A stretch of DNA of 64,000 nt, from NCBI RefSeq assembly GCF_009914755.1, contig NC_060927.1, one strand, 5' to 3'. Within the stretch, counting starts at the first letter, position 1, and the number at the start of each line of letters is the position of its first letter. Made by a program: the position numbers and the translations under genes. Shown here in pieces: positions 39,501-54,500 of the stretch. This DNA comes from the human T2T-CHM13v2.0 reference genome, Homo sapiens. Below the pieces are notes generated by a model that was given only the letters and a program-made list of their open reading frames with translations, did not search any database and was not told where the DNA came from.

Positions 39501-42500
39501 GAACGGAATGGAGTGGAAGAGAATGGAGTGGGGCAGAGTGGAGTGGACTCGAATGGAATGGAATGGAGTGGAATGGATTGGAACGAAATGGGAAGGAATG
39601 GATTGGAGTGGAATAGAATGGAGTGGGATGGAATGAAGTGGAATGGAATGGAGAGGAGTGGAGTGGAATAGAATGGAGTGAAATACAGTAGAGTGGAATG
39701 GAATGGAATGTAGTGGAGAGGAATGGAATTGAATGGAATGGAATTCAGAGGAATGAAGTGGAGTGGAGTGGAATGGAATGGAATGGAGTAGAATGGAATG
39801 GAATGAAATGGAATGGATTGGAGTGCAGGGGAGCAGAATGCAATGGAAAGGAGTGAAGTGGAATGGAATGGAATCTAATGGAAAGGAATGGAATGGAAAG
39901 GACTGGAGTTGAAAGGAATTGAGAGGAATGAAATGGACTAGAATGTCATGGAATGGAATGGAATGTAGTGGATTTCAATGGAATGTAATAGAATAGAGTG
40001 GAATGTAGTTGTGTGGAGTGCAGTGGAATGGAAAGTTGTGGATTGGGGTGGAGGGGAATGGTGTGGAAAGAATGGAGTGCAGTGGAGTGGAATGGAGGGT
40101 AGTGGAGTGGAATGGAAAGGAATAGAATCGAAACAAATTGAATGGAATGGAATGCAGAAGACAGGAGTGGAGTGGAATTGATTGGAGTGGAATGTAGCGG
40201 AGTGGAGTGGATTGGAATGGAATGCAAAGGAATGGAATGGAAACGAGTACAATGGAATGGAAAGGAACGGAATGAAGTGGGGTGGAGTGGAATGGAATGG
40301 AGTGGAATGCAGTTGAGTAAAGTGGATTGGAATGGAATGTAGTGGAATGGAATGGAATGGAGTAGCATAGAATGAAATGGAATGGAGTGGGGTGGAGTGG
40401 AGTGGAATTGACTGGAGTGGTATAGAATGCAACGGAATGGAGAGGAGGGCAGTGGAGTGGAGTGGGGTCAAGTGGAATAGAATGGAATGGAGACGAATTG
40501 AATGGATTGACTTGAATGGAGTGGAATAAAGTCCAGTGGAATGGAAAGGAGAGGAATGGGAAGGAGTGGAATGGATTGGAGAGGAGTGGAGTACATTGGA
40601 ATGGAGTGGAATGGAGTGAAGTGCAATGGAATGGAATGGAATGAGTGGAGTGGAATGGAATGGAGTGGAACGGAGTGGAGGGGAATGGAATGGAGTGGAA
40701 AGGAATGGAGTGGAATGGATTGGAGTGGAGTGGAGTCGAATGGAATGGAGTGAAATGGAGTGGAGCGTAATTGAATGGAAAGGTGTGGAGTTGAGTGGAA
40801 TGGAAAGGACTGGAATGCAATGGAGTGGAATGGATTGAAGTGGAATGGAATGGAGTGGAGTGGAGAGGAATGGAATGGAGTGGAATGCAGTGGAGTGGAG
40901 TGGAATGGAATGGAGTGATATGGAATGGAGTGGAATGGAATGGCATCGAATGGAATGAAATAGAAGGGAATGGAATGGAATGGAACGGAATGGAGTGGAG
41001 CGGAATGGAATGGAATGGAATGCAATGGAATGGAGTGGAGTGGAATGGAATGGAATGCAAAGGAATGGACTGGAACGGAGTGGAGTGGAGCGGAATGTAA
41101 TGGAGACGATTGGGGTAGAAAGGAACGGAATGGAATGGAGTGGAGTGGAATGGAGTTGAGTGGATTGCAATGGAAAGGAATGGAATGGAGTGATATGGAA
41201 TGGTGAGGAAGGGAGTGGGTTGGAAAGGAATGGAGAGCAACGAATTGGAGTGGAGTGGATTGGAATGGAATGTAGAGGAACTGAACGGAAAGGAGTGGAT
41301 TGAAATGGAATGGAATGGAACAGAATGGAAAGGAACATAAAGAAATGGAATGGAATGCAATGGAGTGGGGTGGAGGTTAATGGAATAGAGTGGAGAGGAA
41401 TAGAATGGAATGGAAAAGAATATCGCAGAGTAGAGTGGAGTGAGGACGACTGGATGGTAATTGAAAGGAATGGAATGGAACGGAGTTGAATGGAATGGAG
41501 AGGAATGCAATGGAATGGAGTGGAATGGAATGGAGTGGAGTGGAGTGGAGTTGAATAGAATGTACTGGAATGGCATGGAATGGAATGGAATGGAATGGAA
41601 TGGAATGGAGTGGAGTGGAATGGAGTGGAGGGGAGACAAACGGAATGGAATGGAATGGAGGGGAGGGGAGTGAAGTGGAATGTAAACCAGTGGGATGTAG
41701 TGGAGTGAAGTGGATTGGAATGGAATATAGTGGAATTGAATGGAATGGAGTGGAATGCAATTTACCGAAATGGAAAGGAACGGAATGGAGTAAAGTTGAG
41801 TGGAATGGAATTGAGTGGAGTGGTATGGAATGGAATGGAATGGAATGGAATGGAATGGAGTGTAGTGGAGTGAAGTGGGTTCGACTGGAATGGAATTGAA
41901 CGGAATGGAATGGAATTTAATGGAATGGAATGGAATGGAATGGAATGGAAATGAATACAATGCGATGGGGGGGAGTGGAATGGAATGGAACGGAAAGGAT
42001 TGGAATGGAATGAAGTGCAATGTAATGGCATGAAATAGAATGGAATGGAATGGAGTGGAATGGAGTGGAGTAGAATGGAATGGAGCGGAATGGATTGAAG
42101 TGGAGTGGAATGCAATGGAGTGGAATGGAGTGGAGAGAAACGGAACGGAATGGATTCCTGTGGAAAGAATGAATTGGAATGCATTGGAGTGGATTGGAGA
42201 GGAATGGAGTGGAGGGCAATGGAAAGGAGAGGAATGGAACAGAGTGGAATGGAGTTGAGTGGAGTGGGATAGATTGGAGTGTAATGGAGTTTAGTGGAGA
42301 GGAATGGAATAGAGTGGAATGGAGTTGAATAGATTGGAATGGAATGGAATGCAATCGAATGGATTGGAGTGGAATGGAATGGAATGGAAATGAGTGGAGT
42401 GGAGTGAAATGGAATGCAGTTCAATGGAGGGGAGAGAAATGGAAAGGAATGGAATGGAATGAGGCGGTGTGAAATGAAATGCAGTGGAATTGAATAGAGT

Positions 42501-45500
42501 GGAATGGAATGGATTGGAGGGGATTGGAATGGAATGGAGTTGAATGGAATATAGTGTAATGGAATGCAGTGGAATAGAGTGGAATGTAATATAACGGTGT
42601 GTAGTGGAATGGAATGCAATGGAATGAAATGGAATGAAATAAAAAGGAATGGAACTAAGTGTAGTGGAGTGGAATGTAATTGAGTGGAGTGGAATGGAAT
42701 AAATTGGAATGGAATGCATTGGAGTGGAGTGGAGGTGAGTGGAAGGGAATGGATCGGAATGGAACGGACGGGAATGGATTGGAATGGAATGGAGGGGAAT
42801 GGAATGGCATGGAATGGATTTGAATGTAATGGAGGGGAAAGAAATTGAGTGGAATTGAGTGGAGTGGAGTGAAGTGGAGTGTAGAGGAGTCGAGTGGATG
42901 GGACTGGAATGGAATGGAGTGGAAAGGTGTGGAGTGGAAAGGAATGGAATGGAATGGAGTCGTGTGGAATTGAGTGGAAAGGAATGGCATGGAATGCAAT
43001 GGAGAGGAGTGGTGCAGTGTTGAATGGAATGGAGGGGACAGGAATGGAATGAAATGGAATTGAATTCAATGGAATGGAATGGAATGGAGAGGCTGGAAGT
43101 TTAGTGGAATGGAATGGAGTTGAATGGAATGGAATGGAATTGAGTGGAGTGGAATGGAATGGAATAGATTGGAATTTAATGGATTGGACGGGAGTGGAAT
43201 GGATTTGAGAGGAGTGAAGTGGAATTGACTGGAATGGAATGGAGCGGAAAGCAGTGGAGTGGAGTGGAATGGAGTGGAGTGAAGTTGAATGAAAGAATGG
43301 AATGGAATGGAGTGGAGTGGAATGGAATGGAACGGAATGGTGTGGAGTGCAATGGAATAGAATGGAATGCAGTGGAATTGAAAGGAATGGAATGGAATGG
43401 AATGGAATGGAATGGAATGGAATGCAGTGAAATGAAGTGGAGTGGAGTGGAGTGGAATGGAATGGAGAGCAGTGAAGTGGAATTTAATAGAAAGCAATGG
43501 AATGGAATGGAATGGAATGGAATGGAATGGAAGGGAGTGGAATGGAGTGGAATGGAATGGAATGGTGTGAAATGAAAAGGAATGGAATGGAATAGAATGG
43601 ATTGGGAAAGAATGGAATGGAGTGCACTGGCATGGAATGGAGTGGAATGGAGTGGAGTGGAGAGGAGTGGAACGGAGTGGAATAGACTGGAATGGAGTGG
43701 AATGGAATGGAATGAGTGGAACGGAATGGAATGCAATGGAATGGAATGGAATGGAATGTAGTGGAGCAGAGGGGAATGGAACGGAATGTAGAGGATGGGA
43801 ATGGAATGGAATGTAATGCAATGGATTGGAATGGAGTTGAATGGAATGGAATGAAATGGAATGGAGTGGAGAGGTATGGACTGGAGGGGAGTAGATTGAA
43901 GTGGAGAGGAATGGAGTGGAATTGTGTGGAATGGAGTGGAATATAATGGAATCGATTGGAGTGGTATGGAAAGGGGTGGAGTGGAATGGAATGGAGTGGA
44001 GTGGAATGTAATGGACTGGAATAAAATGGAGAGAAATGGAGTGGAGCAGAATGGAATGGAATGGAGTGAAATGGCATGGAGTGGAATAGAGTGGAGTTGA
44101 ATGGAATTGAATGGAATTGAGTGGAGTTGAGAGGAGTGGAGTGGAGTGGAATGGACTGCACTGGAATGAAATGGAATGGAATTCAGTTGAATGGAATAGA
44201 ATGGAATGGAATGGAGAGGAATGGAAGGGAGAGTAATGAAGTGGATTGGAGAGGAGTGGAATGGAATGGAGTGGAATGGATTGGAGTGCAATGTAGTGGA
44301 ATAGAATAGGGTGGAAAAGAGTGGATTGGAATGGAATGGTGTGGATTCGAGTGGTATGGGTGGAATGGAATGAAATGGAATGTAGTGGAGTGGATTGGAG
44401 TGGAGTGGAATGGAATGGAATGGAGTGGATTCTAATGGAGTGGGTGGAATGGAATGAAATGAAATGGTGTGGAGTGGAGTGGAATGCAATTGTTTGGAGT
44501 GGTGTGGAGAGGAGTAGAGTGGAGTGAACTTTTGTGGAGTGGAGTGGAATGGAGTAAAATGGAATGGAGGGGAGTGGAATGGAATGGAGTGGAATAGAAC
44601 GGAGTGTAATGGAGAGGAGAGGAATGGAATGGAGTGGAAAGGAGTGGAATGGAATGAAATGGACAGTAATAGAATGAAATGGAAAGCTATGTGATGAAAT
44701 GGAATGGAGTGTATTTGAATGGAAGGGAATGAATTGGAATGGAGTGGCGGAGAGTGGAGTAGTGTAGAGGGGAGTCGAAAGGAATGGAATGGAATGGAAT
44801 GGAATGGAGTGTAATGGATTGAAGTGGAATGGAATTTAATGGAAAGGAGTGGAGAAGAATGGAATGGAATGGAATGGAATGGAATGGAATGGAATGGAAT
44901 GGAATGGAAAGGAATGGTGGGGAGTGGAATGGAATTGAAGGGAATAAAATGTAATGGAGCGGAGTGGAATTGAGTGAAGTGGAATGGAATGGAGTGTAAA
45001 TGAGTGGAATAGAATGGAATGGAATGGAGTGGAGTGGAGAGAAAGGAGTAGAGTGCAGTGGAATTGAGTGGAGTAGAATGGAGTCGAATGGAGTGGAATG
45101 GAGTGAAATTGAATGGAATCGATTGTAGTGGAATGGAGTGGAGTAGAATGGAAGGGAGGGGAGTGGAATGAAGTGGACTGGAATGGAACGGAATGTAAAG
45201 AAATGGACTGGAATAGAACGAAATGTAAAGAAATGAAGTGAAGTGGAATGGATAGGAGGGGAGTGGAGTGGAATGGTATGCAGTGGAAAGCAGTTGAGGG
45301 GAGTGGATTGGGATGGAATATAGTGGAAGGGAATGGAATGGAGTGGAATGGAATGGAATGGAGTGGAAAGGAATGGAATGGAAGGAACTGGAATGGAATG
45401 AAATCGAATGGAATGGAATGGAGAGGTTTGGAGTGGAACGGAATTGAGTGGAGTGGAATAGAATGGAATGGAATGGAATGGAATGGAATCGAGCAGAGTG

Positions 45501-48500
45501 GAGTGGGGTCGACTGGAATGGAATGGAACGGAGTGGAGTGGAATGGAATTGAATTTAATGGAAAGGAATGGAATGGAATGGAATGGCATGGAATTTAATG
45601 CAGTGGAATGGAATGGAATGCAGTGGAGTGGATTGGAATGGAATGGAGTGGAATGGAATGGAGTGCATTGGAATGGAATGGAATTGACTGGAATTGAGTG
45701 GAGGGGAATGGAGTGCAATGGAGTGAGGTGGAAAGGAATAGAATTCAATGCAATGGAATGGAATGGTATGGAACGGAATGGAAAGGAACAGGATGGAATG
45801 GAAGGGAGTGGTGTGGGGTGGAATGGAATTGAGTGGAGTGGAATGGAATGGAATGGAATGGAGTGGAGTGGAATGGAATGGAATGGAATGGAATGGAATG
45901 GAGTGGAGTGGAATGGAGTGGAGTGAAGTGGAGTGGAATGGAATGGAATGGAATGGATTGGAATGGAAAGGAGTGGAGTGGAGAGGAATGGAATGGGGTG
46001 AAATGGAGTGGAGTGGAAAGGAACGGAGTGGAGTGCATTGCAATGAAATGGAGTGGAATGGAGTGTAGTGGAACGGAATGGAACGGTGTGGAATGCAGTG
46101 GAATGGAATGGAGTAGAATTGTACAGAGTGGAGTGCAGTGCAATGGATTGGAATGGAAAGGAATGGAATGAAAGGAATTGGAATGAAATGGAAAAGAATG
46201 GATTGGAGATGAATGGAATGGAGTGGGACGGAATGGAGTGGAAAGGAATGGAATTGAGTGGAGTGGAATAGAATGGAGTGAAATGAGGTAGAGTGGAATG
46301 GAATGGAATGGAATGGAGTGGAGTGGAATGGAATGGAATTGAATGGAATGAAGTGGAGTGGAATGGAATGGAAAGGATTGGAATGGAATGGAATGGAATG
46401 GAACGGAGAAGAGTGGAGTGGAGTGGAATGCAAGGAAAGGGTGTGAAGTGGAATGGAATGGAATGCAATGGAAGGGAATGGAATAGAATGGAGTGGATTT
46501 GAATGGAGTCGAGAGGAATGAAATGGATTGGAATGTAATGGAATGGAATGGAGAGGATTTCAAAGGAATGGAATGGAGTGGATTTCAATGGAATGTAATG
46601 GAATGTAGTGGAATGGAGTGGACTGGAGTGCAGTGGAATGGAATATTGTGGAGTGGAGTGGAGGGGAATGGAGTGGAAAGGAATGGAGTGGAATGGAGTG
46701 GAATAGATTGGATTGGAGTGGAATGGAAAGGAATAGAATGGAAACGAATGGAATGGAATGGAATGCAGAAGAGAGAAATGGAGTGGAATGGATTGGAGTG
46801 GAATGTAGTGGAGTGGTGTGGATTGGAATGGAATGTAGTGGATTGGAATGGAAACGAGTGGAAACGAATGGAATGAAATGGAAAGGAATGGAGTGGGGTG
46901 GAGTGGAATGGATTTGAGTGGAATGTAGTTGAGTGGAGTGGATAGGAGTGGAATGTAATTGAGTGGAGGGGATAGGAATGGAATGTCGTGGAATGGAATG
47001 GAATGGAGTGGCATAGAATGAAATGGAATGGAATGGAATGGAGAGGGTTGGAATGGACTGGAACTGAGTGGAGTGGTATAGAATGGAAAGGAATGCAGTG
47101 GAGGGCATTGGAGTGGAGTGGGGTCGAGTGAAATAGAATGGAATGGAGAGAAATTGAATGGATTTGACTGGAATGGAGTGGAAAAAGGTGGAGTGGAATG
47201 GAATGGAGAGTAATAGAAAGGAGTGTAATGGATTGGATTGGAGTGGAGGTGAATGGAAAGGAGTGGAATGTAGTGGAGCGGAATGGAGTGGAATGGAATG
47301 GAATGGAGTGGAGTGAAATGGAATGGATTGGAAAGGAGTGGAGTGGAAAGGAATGGAGTGGAACGGAATGGAATGGAATGGATTGGAGTGGAGTGGAGTA
47401 TAATGGATTGGAGTGGAATGGAGTGGAGCGTAATGGGATGGAAAGGTATGGAGTGGAGTGGAATGGAATGGAATGGAATGGAATGTAACGGAGTGGAATG
47501 GAATGGAATGGAATGTAACGGAGTGGAATGGAAAGGAGTGGAGTGGAGTGGAATAGAATAAAGTGGAATGGAGTGGAGTGGAGTGGAATGGAGTGGTATG
47601 GAATGGAGTGGAATGGAATGGCATGAATGGAATGGAATGGGATAGAATGGAAGGGAAAAGAATGGAATGGAATGGTATGGAATGGAGCGGAGTGGAATGG
47701 AACGGAATGCAATGGAAAGTACTAGAATGGAGTGGAGTTTAGTGGAATGGAATGGAGTCAAGTGGAGTGGAAGGGAATGAATTGGAATGGAGTACAGTGG
47801 AATGGACTTGACTGGAGTGGAATGGAACATAATGGAATGTAATGATATGGAATGGTGAGGAAGGGATTGAATTGGAATGGAATGGAGTGCAATGTAGTGG
47901 AGTGGAGTTGATTGGAATGGAATGTAGAACAACAGAATGGAAAGGAGTGGATTACAAAGGAATTGAATGGAATGGAATGGCATTTAAAGAAATGGAATGG
48001 AATGCAATGGAGTGGGGTGGAGGGGAATGGAATTGAGTTGAGTGGAGTAGAATGGAATGGAATGGAATAGAATATAGTGGAGTGGAGTGGATTGAGGTCG
48101 ACTGGATAGTAAATGAAAGGAATGGAATGGAATGGAACGGAGTGGAATGGAGTGGAGTGGAATGCAATGGAATGTTGTAGAATGGAATGGAGTGGAGTGG
48201 AGTGGAGTGGAGTTGAATGGAAAGTAGTGGAATTGCATGGAATGGAATGGAATGGAGTAGAGTGGAATGCAGTGGAGTAGAGAGAAACAGAATGGAATGG
48301 AAAGGATTGGAGGGGAGTGAAGTGGAATGGAAAGGAGTGGAATGTATTGGAGTGAAGTGGATTGAAAAGGAATGTAGAGAAGTTGAATGGAATATGGTGG
48401 AATGCAATTGAAAGAAATGGAATGGAAAGGAATGAAAAGGAATGGAATGGAATTGATTGAAGTGGAGTGGAATGGAATTGAGTGGAGTGGAATGGAATGG

Positions 48501-51500
48501 AATGGAATGGAGTGTAGTGGAGTGGAGTGGGGTCGAGTGGAATTGAATTGAAAGTAATGGAATGTAATATAATGGAATGGAATGGAATGAATTAGAAAGG
48601 AATGGAATAGAATGCGATGGAGGGGAGTGGAATGGAATGGATCGGAAAGGATTGGAATGGAATGGAGTGGAATCGAATGGCATGGTATAGATTGGAATGG
48701 AATGGAGTGGAATGGAGTGGGGTGGAATGGAATGGAGTGGAATGGACTGGAGTGGAGTGGAATGCAATGGAGTGGAATGGAGTGGAGTGGAACAGAATGG
48801 AATTGATCCCTGTGGAAAGAAAGTAATGGAATGTATTGTAGTGGAATGGAGAGGAATGGAGTGGAGTGCAATGGAATGGAGAGAAATGGAATGGAGTGGA
48901 ATGGAGTTAAGTGGAGTGCAATGGAATGGAGTGGAACGGAGTTGAATGGAGTGGAATGGAAAGAAATGGAATAGAATGGAATGAAGTGGAGTGGTGTTGG
49001 GTCGAGTGGAAAGGAATGGAATGGAATGGAATGGATAGTAACGGAATGGAATGGAATGGAAATGAGGGGAGTGGAGTGAAATGGAAGGCAGTGGAATGGA
49101 GTGGAGATAAATGGAGTGGAATGGAATGAGGAGGTGTTGAACGAACTGGATTGGGATTGAATAGAGTAGAAAGGAATGGATTGGAGTGGACTGGAATGCA
49201 ATGGAGTGGAATGGAATAGAGTGGAATGGCATGGAATGGAATAGAGTGGAATGTAATGGAACGGAGTGTAGTGGAATGGAGCAGAAAGGAATGAAAGAGA
49301 ATCAAACAGAAAGGAATGTAACTAAGTGGAGTGGAGTGGAATGGAATTTAGTGGAGTGGAATGGAATAAAATGGATTGGAATGCAATGGCGTGAAGTGGA
49401 GTTGTGTGGAGTGGAAGGTAATAGACCAGAATGGATCGGAATGGAATAGAGTGGAATGGAATGTAGTGTAATGGAATGGCATGGAACAGATTGGAATGGA
49501 ATCGAGTGGAATAGAATTGAGTGGAATGAAGTGGAGTGCAGTGGAATGGAGAGAGTTCGAGTGGATGGGAATGGAATGGAATGGAGGGAAAAGGAATGGA
49601 GTGGAGTGGAATGGAATGGAATGGAGAGGAGTGGTGTGGTGTGAAATGGAATGGAATGAAGTGGAATGGAATGAAATTGAATGGAATTCAATGGAATGGA
49701 ATGGAATGGAGAGGATGGGAGTTTAGTGGAATGGAATGGAGTGGAATGAGTGGAGTGGAATGGAATGGAATGGAATTGAGTGGAGTGGAACTGAATGGAT
49801 TTGATTGGAATGGAACGGAACGGACGGGAGTGGAATGGATTTGAGTGGTGTGAAGTGGAAATGAATGGTATGGAATGGAGCAGAATGTAGTGGAGTGGAG
49901 TGGAATGGAATAGAGTGGACAAAAGTTGAATGGAACAGAAAGGAATGGAATGGAATGGAATTGAGTGGAGCGCAATGGAATGGAATGGAATGGAATGGAA
50001 TGGAATGGAATGGTGTGGAGTGGAATGGAATGCAATGGAATGCAGTGGAATGGAATGGAATGGATTGGAGTGAAATGGAATGGAGTGGAGTGGAACAGAA
50101 TGGAGGGCAGTGAAGTGGAAATTAAAGGAATGGAATGGAATGGAAAGGAATGGAATGGAATGGAGTGGAGTTGAATGGAATGGAGTGGTGTGAAATGAAA
50201 AGGAATGGAATGGAATGGAATGGAATGGAATGGAATGGAGTGGAATGCAGTGGAGTGGAGTGGAGTGGACAGGAATGGAGTGGAATAGAGTGGTATGTAA
50301 AAGAATGGATTGGAATAGAGTGGAACAGAATGGAATGGAATGGAAGGGAATGGAATATAGTGGAACGTAATGGAATCAAATGGAATGTAGTGGAGTAGAG
50401 TAGAATGGAATGGAATTTAGAGGAGTGGCATGGAATGGAAAGGAATGCAATGGAATGGAAACAAGTGGAATGGGATGGAATGAAATGGAATGGAGTGGAG
50501 ATGTATGGAGTGGACGGGAGAGGATTGGAGTGGAGAGGAATGGAGTGGAATCGTGTGGAAAGAAGTGGAATAGAATGGAATCGATTGGAGTGGCATGGAA
50601 TGCAATTTAGTGGAATGGAATAGAGTGGAGTGGATTGTAATGGACTGGAAAGGAATGGAGAGAAATGCAGTGGAGTGTAATGGAATGGAATGGAGTGAAA
50701 TGGCATGGAGTGGAATTGAGGGGAGTTTAATGGAATGGAATGGAGTGGAGTTGAAAGGAGTGGAGTGTAGTGGAATCGATTGCACTGGAATGGAATGGAA
50801 TCGAATTCAGTTGAATGGAATGGAATGAAATGGAATGGAATGGAATGGAATAGAGAGGAATGAAATGGAGAGGAGAGGAGTGGAATGGAATGGAGTGGAA
50901 TGGATTTGAGTGGAATGTAGTGGAATGGAATGGAGTGGAATGGAGTGGATTGGAATGGATTGGAATGGACTGAATGCAAGGGGCATGGGTGGAATGGAAT
51001 GAAATGGAATGGAGTGGAGTGGAATGGAATGGAATGGAGTGTAATCACGTGTCGTGGGTGGAATGCAATGAAATGGAATGGAGTGGAGTGGGGTGCAGTG
51101 GAATGCAATGGAGCGGAGTGGTGTGAAGTGGAGTGGAGTGGAGTGAAGTGTGGTGGAGTGGAGTGGAATGGATTAAAATGGAATGGAATGATGTGGAGTG
51201 GGATGGAATGGAGTGGAATGAAATGGAATGGAATGGAATGGAGTGGAATGGAATGGACAGGAATAGAATGGAGTGGAATGTTATGTGATGGAATGGAATG
51301 GAGTGTATTTGAATGGAAGGGAATGGAATGCAATGGAGTGGCGGTGTGTGGAGTGGTGTATAGGGGAGTGGAATGGAATGGAATGGATTGGAGTGGAATG
51401 GAATAGAGTGTAATGGAATTAAGTGGAATGGAATGGAATGAAAAGGAGAGGAGGGGAATGGAATGGAATGGAAAGGAATGGTGGGGAATGGAATGGATTT

Positions 51501-54500
51501 GAAAGGAACAAAATGTAATGGAGAGGAGTGGAATCGAGTGAAGTGGAATGGAATGTGTGTAATGGAGTGGAAAAGAATGTAATGGAAAGGAGTGGAGTGG
51601 AGACAATGGAGTGGACTGGAGTGGAATGGAGTTGAGTGGAATGGACAGCAATCAAGTGGAATGGAATGGAGAGGAATCGAGTGGAATGGAGTGGAATTGA
51701 ATGGAATCGATTGGAGTGGAATGGAATGGAGTGGAGTTGAATGGAATGGAGGGGAGTGGAATGGAATGGACTGGAATGGAACGGAACATAAAGAAATGGA
51801 TTGGAGTGGAATGGAATGGAATGGAGTGGAATGGAGTGCAGTGGAATGGAGTGGAAAGGAGTGGAGTGGAATGGACAGCAGGGGAGTGGGGTGGAATCGT
51901 ATGCAGTGGAAAGTAGTTGAGTGGAGTTGATTGGAATGGAATGTAGTGGAATGTGATGGAATGGAGTGGAATGGAATGGAATGGAAGGGACTGGAATCTA
52001 ATGCAATGGAATGGAATGGAATGGAGAGGTGTGGAGTGGAATGGAATTGAGTGGACTGGACGAGAATGGAATGGAATGGAATTGATTGTAGTGGAGTGGG
52101 CTCTACTGGAATGGAATGGAGTGGAGTAGAATGTAATTGAATTCAATGGAAAGGAAAGGAATGGAATGGAATGGAATGGAATGGAATGGAATGGAATGGA
52201 ATGGAATGCAAAGGAATGGAATGGAATGGAGTGGAGTGGATTGTAATGGAATGCACTGGAGTGGATTGGAATTGAATGGAGTGGAATGGAATGGAATGGG
52301 ACGGAATGGAATGGATAAGAATAGAGTGGAGTGGAATGGAAAGGAATGGAGTGGAGTGAAATGTAATGGAATTCAATTGATAGGAATAGAATGGTATTGA
52401 ACGGAATGGAAAGGAACGGAATGGAGTGGTGTGGAGTGGAATGGAATTGAGTGGAGTGGAGTGGAATGGAATGGAATGGAATGGAATGGAGTGGAGTGGA
52501 GTGGAGTGAAGTGGAGTGGAATGGAATGCAGTGGAAGGGAATAGAGTGGAATGGAACTGAGTGGAGTGGAGAGGAATGGAATGGATTGGAGTGGAGTACA
52601 GTGGAATGGAACGGAGTGGAGTGGAGGGGAATAGAATGGAGTGGAATGGAGTGGAGTGGAACAAAATGGAACAGTGTGGAGTGGAGTGGATTGGAAAGAA
52701 GTGGAATGGAATGGAGTGGAATTGTATGGAGTGGAGTGCAGTGGAGTGGAATGGATTAGAATCAAATGGAAAGGAATGGATTGGAATAGAATGGAATGGA
52801 GTGGGAAGGTATGGAGTGGAATGGAATGGAGTGGAGTGGAGTGGAATAAAATGGAGTGAAATGCAGTAGAGCGGAATGGAATGGATTGGAGTGGAGTAGA
52901 ATGGAATTGAATGGAATGGAATTCAATGGAATGAAGTGGAGTGCATTGGAATGGAATGGAATGGAAGGGAATGAAATGGAGTGGAGTGGAATGGAGTGGA
53001 ATGCAATGAAAGGCAGTGAAGTGTAATGGAATGGAATGAAATGGAACGGAATTGAATGGAATGGAGTGGAGTTGAATGGAGTCGAGAGCAATGAAATGGA
53101 CTGGAATGAAACGGAAAGGGATAGAATGGAATGGAATGGAGTGGATTTCAATGGAATGTAATGGAATGGAGTGGAGAGGAGTGGAGAGGAGTGCAGTGGA
53201 ATGGAATGATGTCTATTGGAGTGGAGGGGAATGGAGTGGATAGGAATGGAGTGGAGTGGAGTGGAATGGAGTGGAGTGGAATGGAAAAGAATACATTGGA
53301 TACGAATGGAATAGAATGGAATGCAGAAGATAGGAGTGGAGTGGAATGGATCGGAGTGGAATAAAGTGGAGTGCAGTGGATTGGAATGGAATGTAGTGGA
53401 ATGGAATGGAAAAGAGAGGAATGGAATGGAATGGAATGGAAAGGAATGGAGTCAGGTGAAGTGGAATGGAATGGAGAGGAATGTATTTGATTGGAGTCGA
53501 TTGGAATGGAATGTAGTGGAAAGAATGGAATGGAGTGGCATAGAATGAAATGGAATGGAATGGAATGGAGTGCAGTGGAGTGGATTGGAATTGAGTGGAG
53601 TGGTATAGAATGGAATGGAATGGAGTGGACGGCAGTGGAGTGGAGTGGGGTCGAGTGGAATAGAATGGAATGGAGAGGAATTGAATGGATTTAACTGGAA
53701 TGGAGTGGAATAATGTGCATTTGAATGGAATGGAGAGGAATGGATAGGAGTGCAATGCACTGGAATGGAGTGGGGTAGTATGAAATGGAGTGGAATGGAG
53801 TGGAGCGGAACGTAATGGAATGGAATGGAGTGGAGTGGAATGGAATGCAGGGGAACGGAGTGGAGTGGAATGGAAAGGAGTGGAATGGAATGGAATGGAA
53901 TGGAATGGATTGGAGTGGAGTGGAGTGGAGTGGAATGTAATGGAGAAGAATGGAATGGAGGGTAATGGAATGGAAAGGTGTGGAATGGAGTGGAATGGAA
54001 TGGAGTGGAATGGAAAGGAGTGGAATGGAATGAATTGGAATGGAGTGGAGTGGAGTGGAATGGAATTGGTTGGAGTGGAGTGGTATGGAATGGAGTGGTA
54101 TGGAATGGAGTGGAATGGAATGGAAGGGAAGGGAATGGAATGGAATGGAGCATAGTTGAATGGAATGGAATGCAATGGAATGGACTGGAATGCAGTGGAG
54201 TGTAGTAGAATGGAATGGAGTCGAGTGGAGTGGAATGGAACGGATTTGAATGGAGTGGAGTGTAACGGAGTTGAGTGGAGTGGAATGGAATGGAATGGAA
54301 TGATATGGCATGGTGAGGAATGGAGTGGATTGGAATGTAATGGAGTAAAATGAAGTGAAGTGGAGTGGATTGGAATGGAATGTAGAGGAACAGAACGGAA
54401 AGGAGTGTATTGGAATGGAATGGAACGGAATGGAATGGAATATAAAGAAATGGAATGGAGTGGAATGGAGTGGGGTGGAGGGGAATGGAATTGAGTGGAG

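Noticed and set aside
44687-47983. Long minus-strand ORFs (1098 aa here, 880 aa at 11657-14299, and many others) as protein-coding genes
   Set aside because: (ATTCC)n reads IPFHS and (GGAAT)n reads GMEWN with no stop in any frame. The ORFs overlap in several frames and show no domain, so they are artefacts of the satellite.
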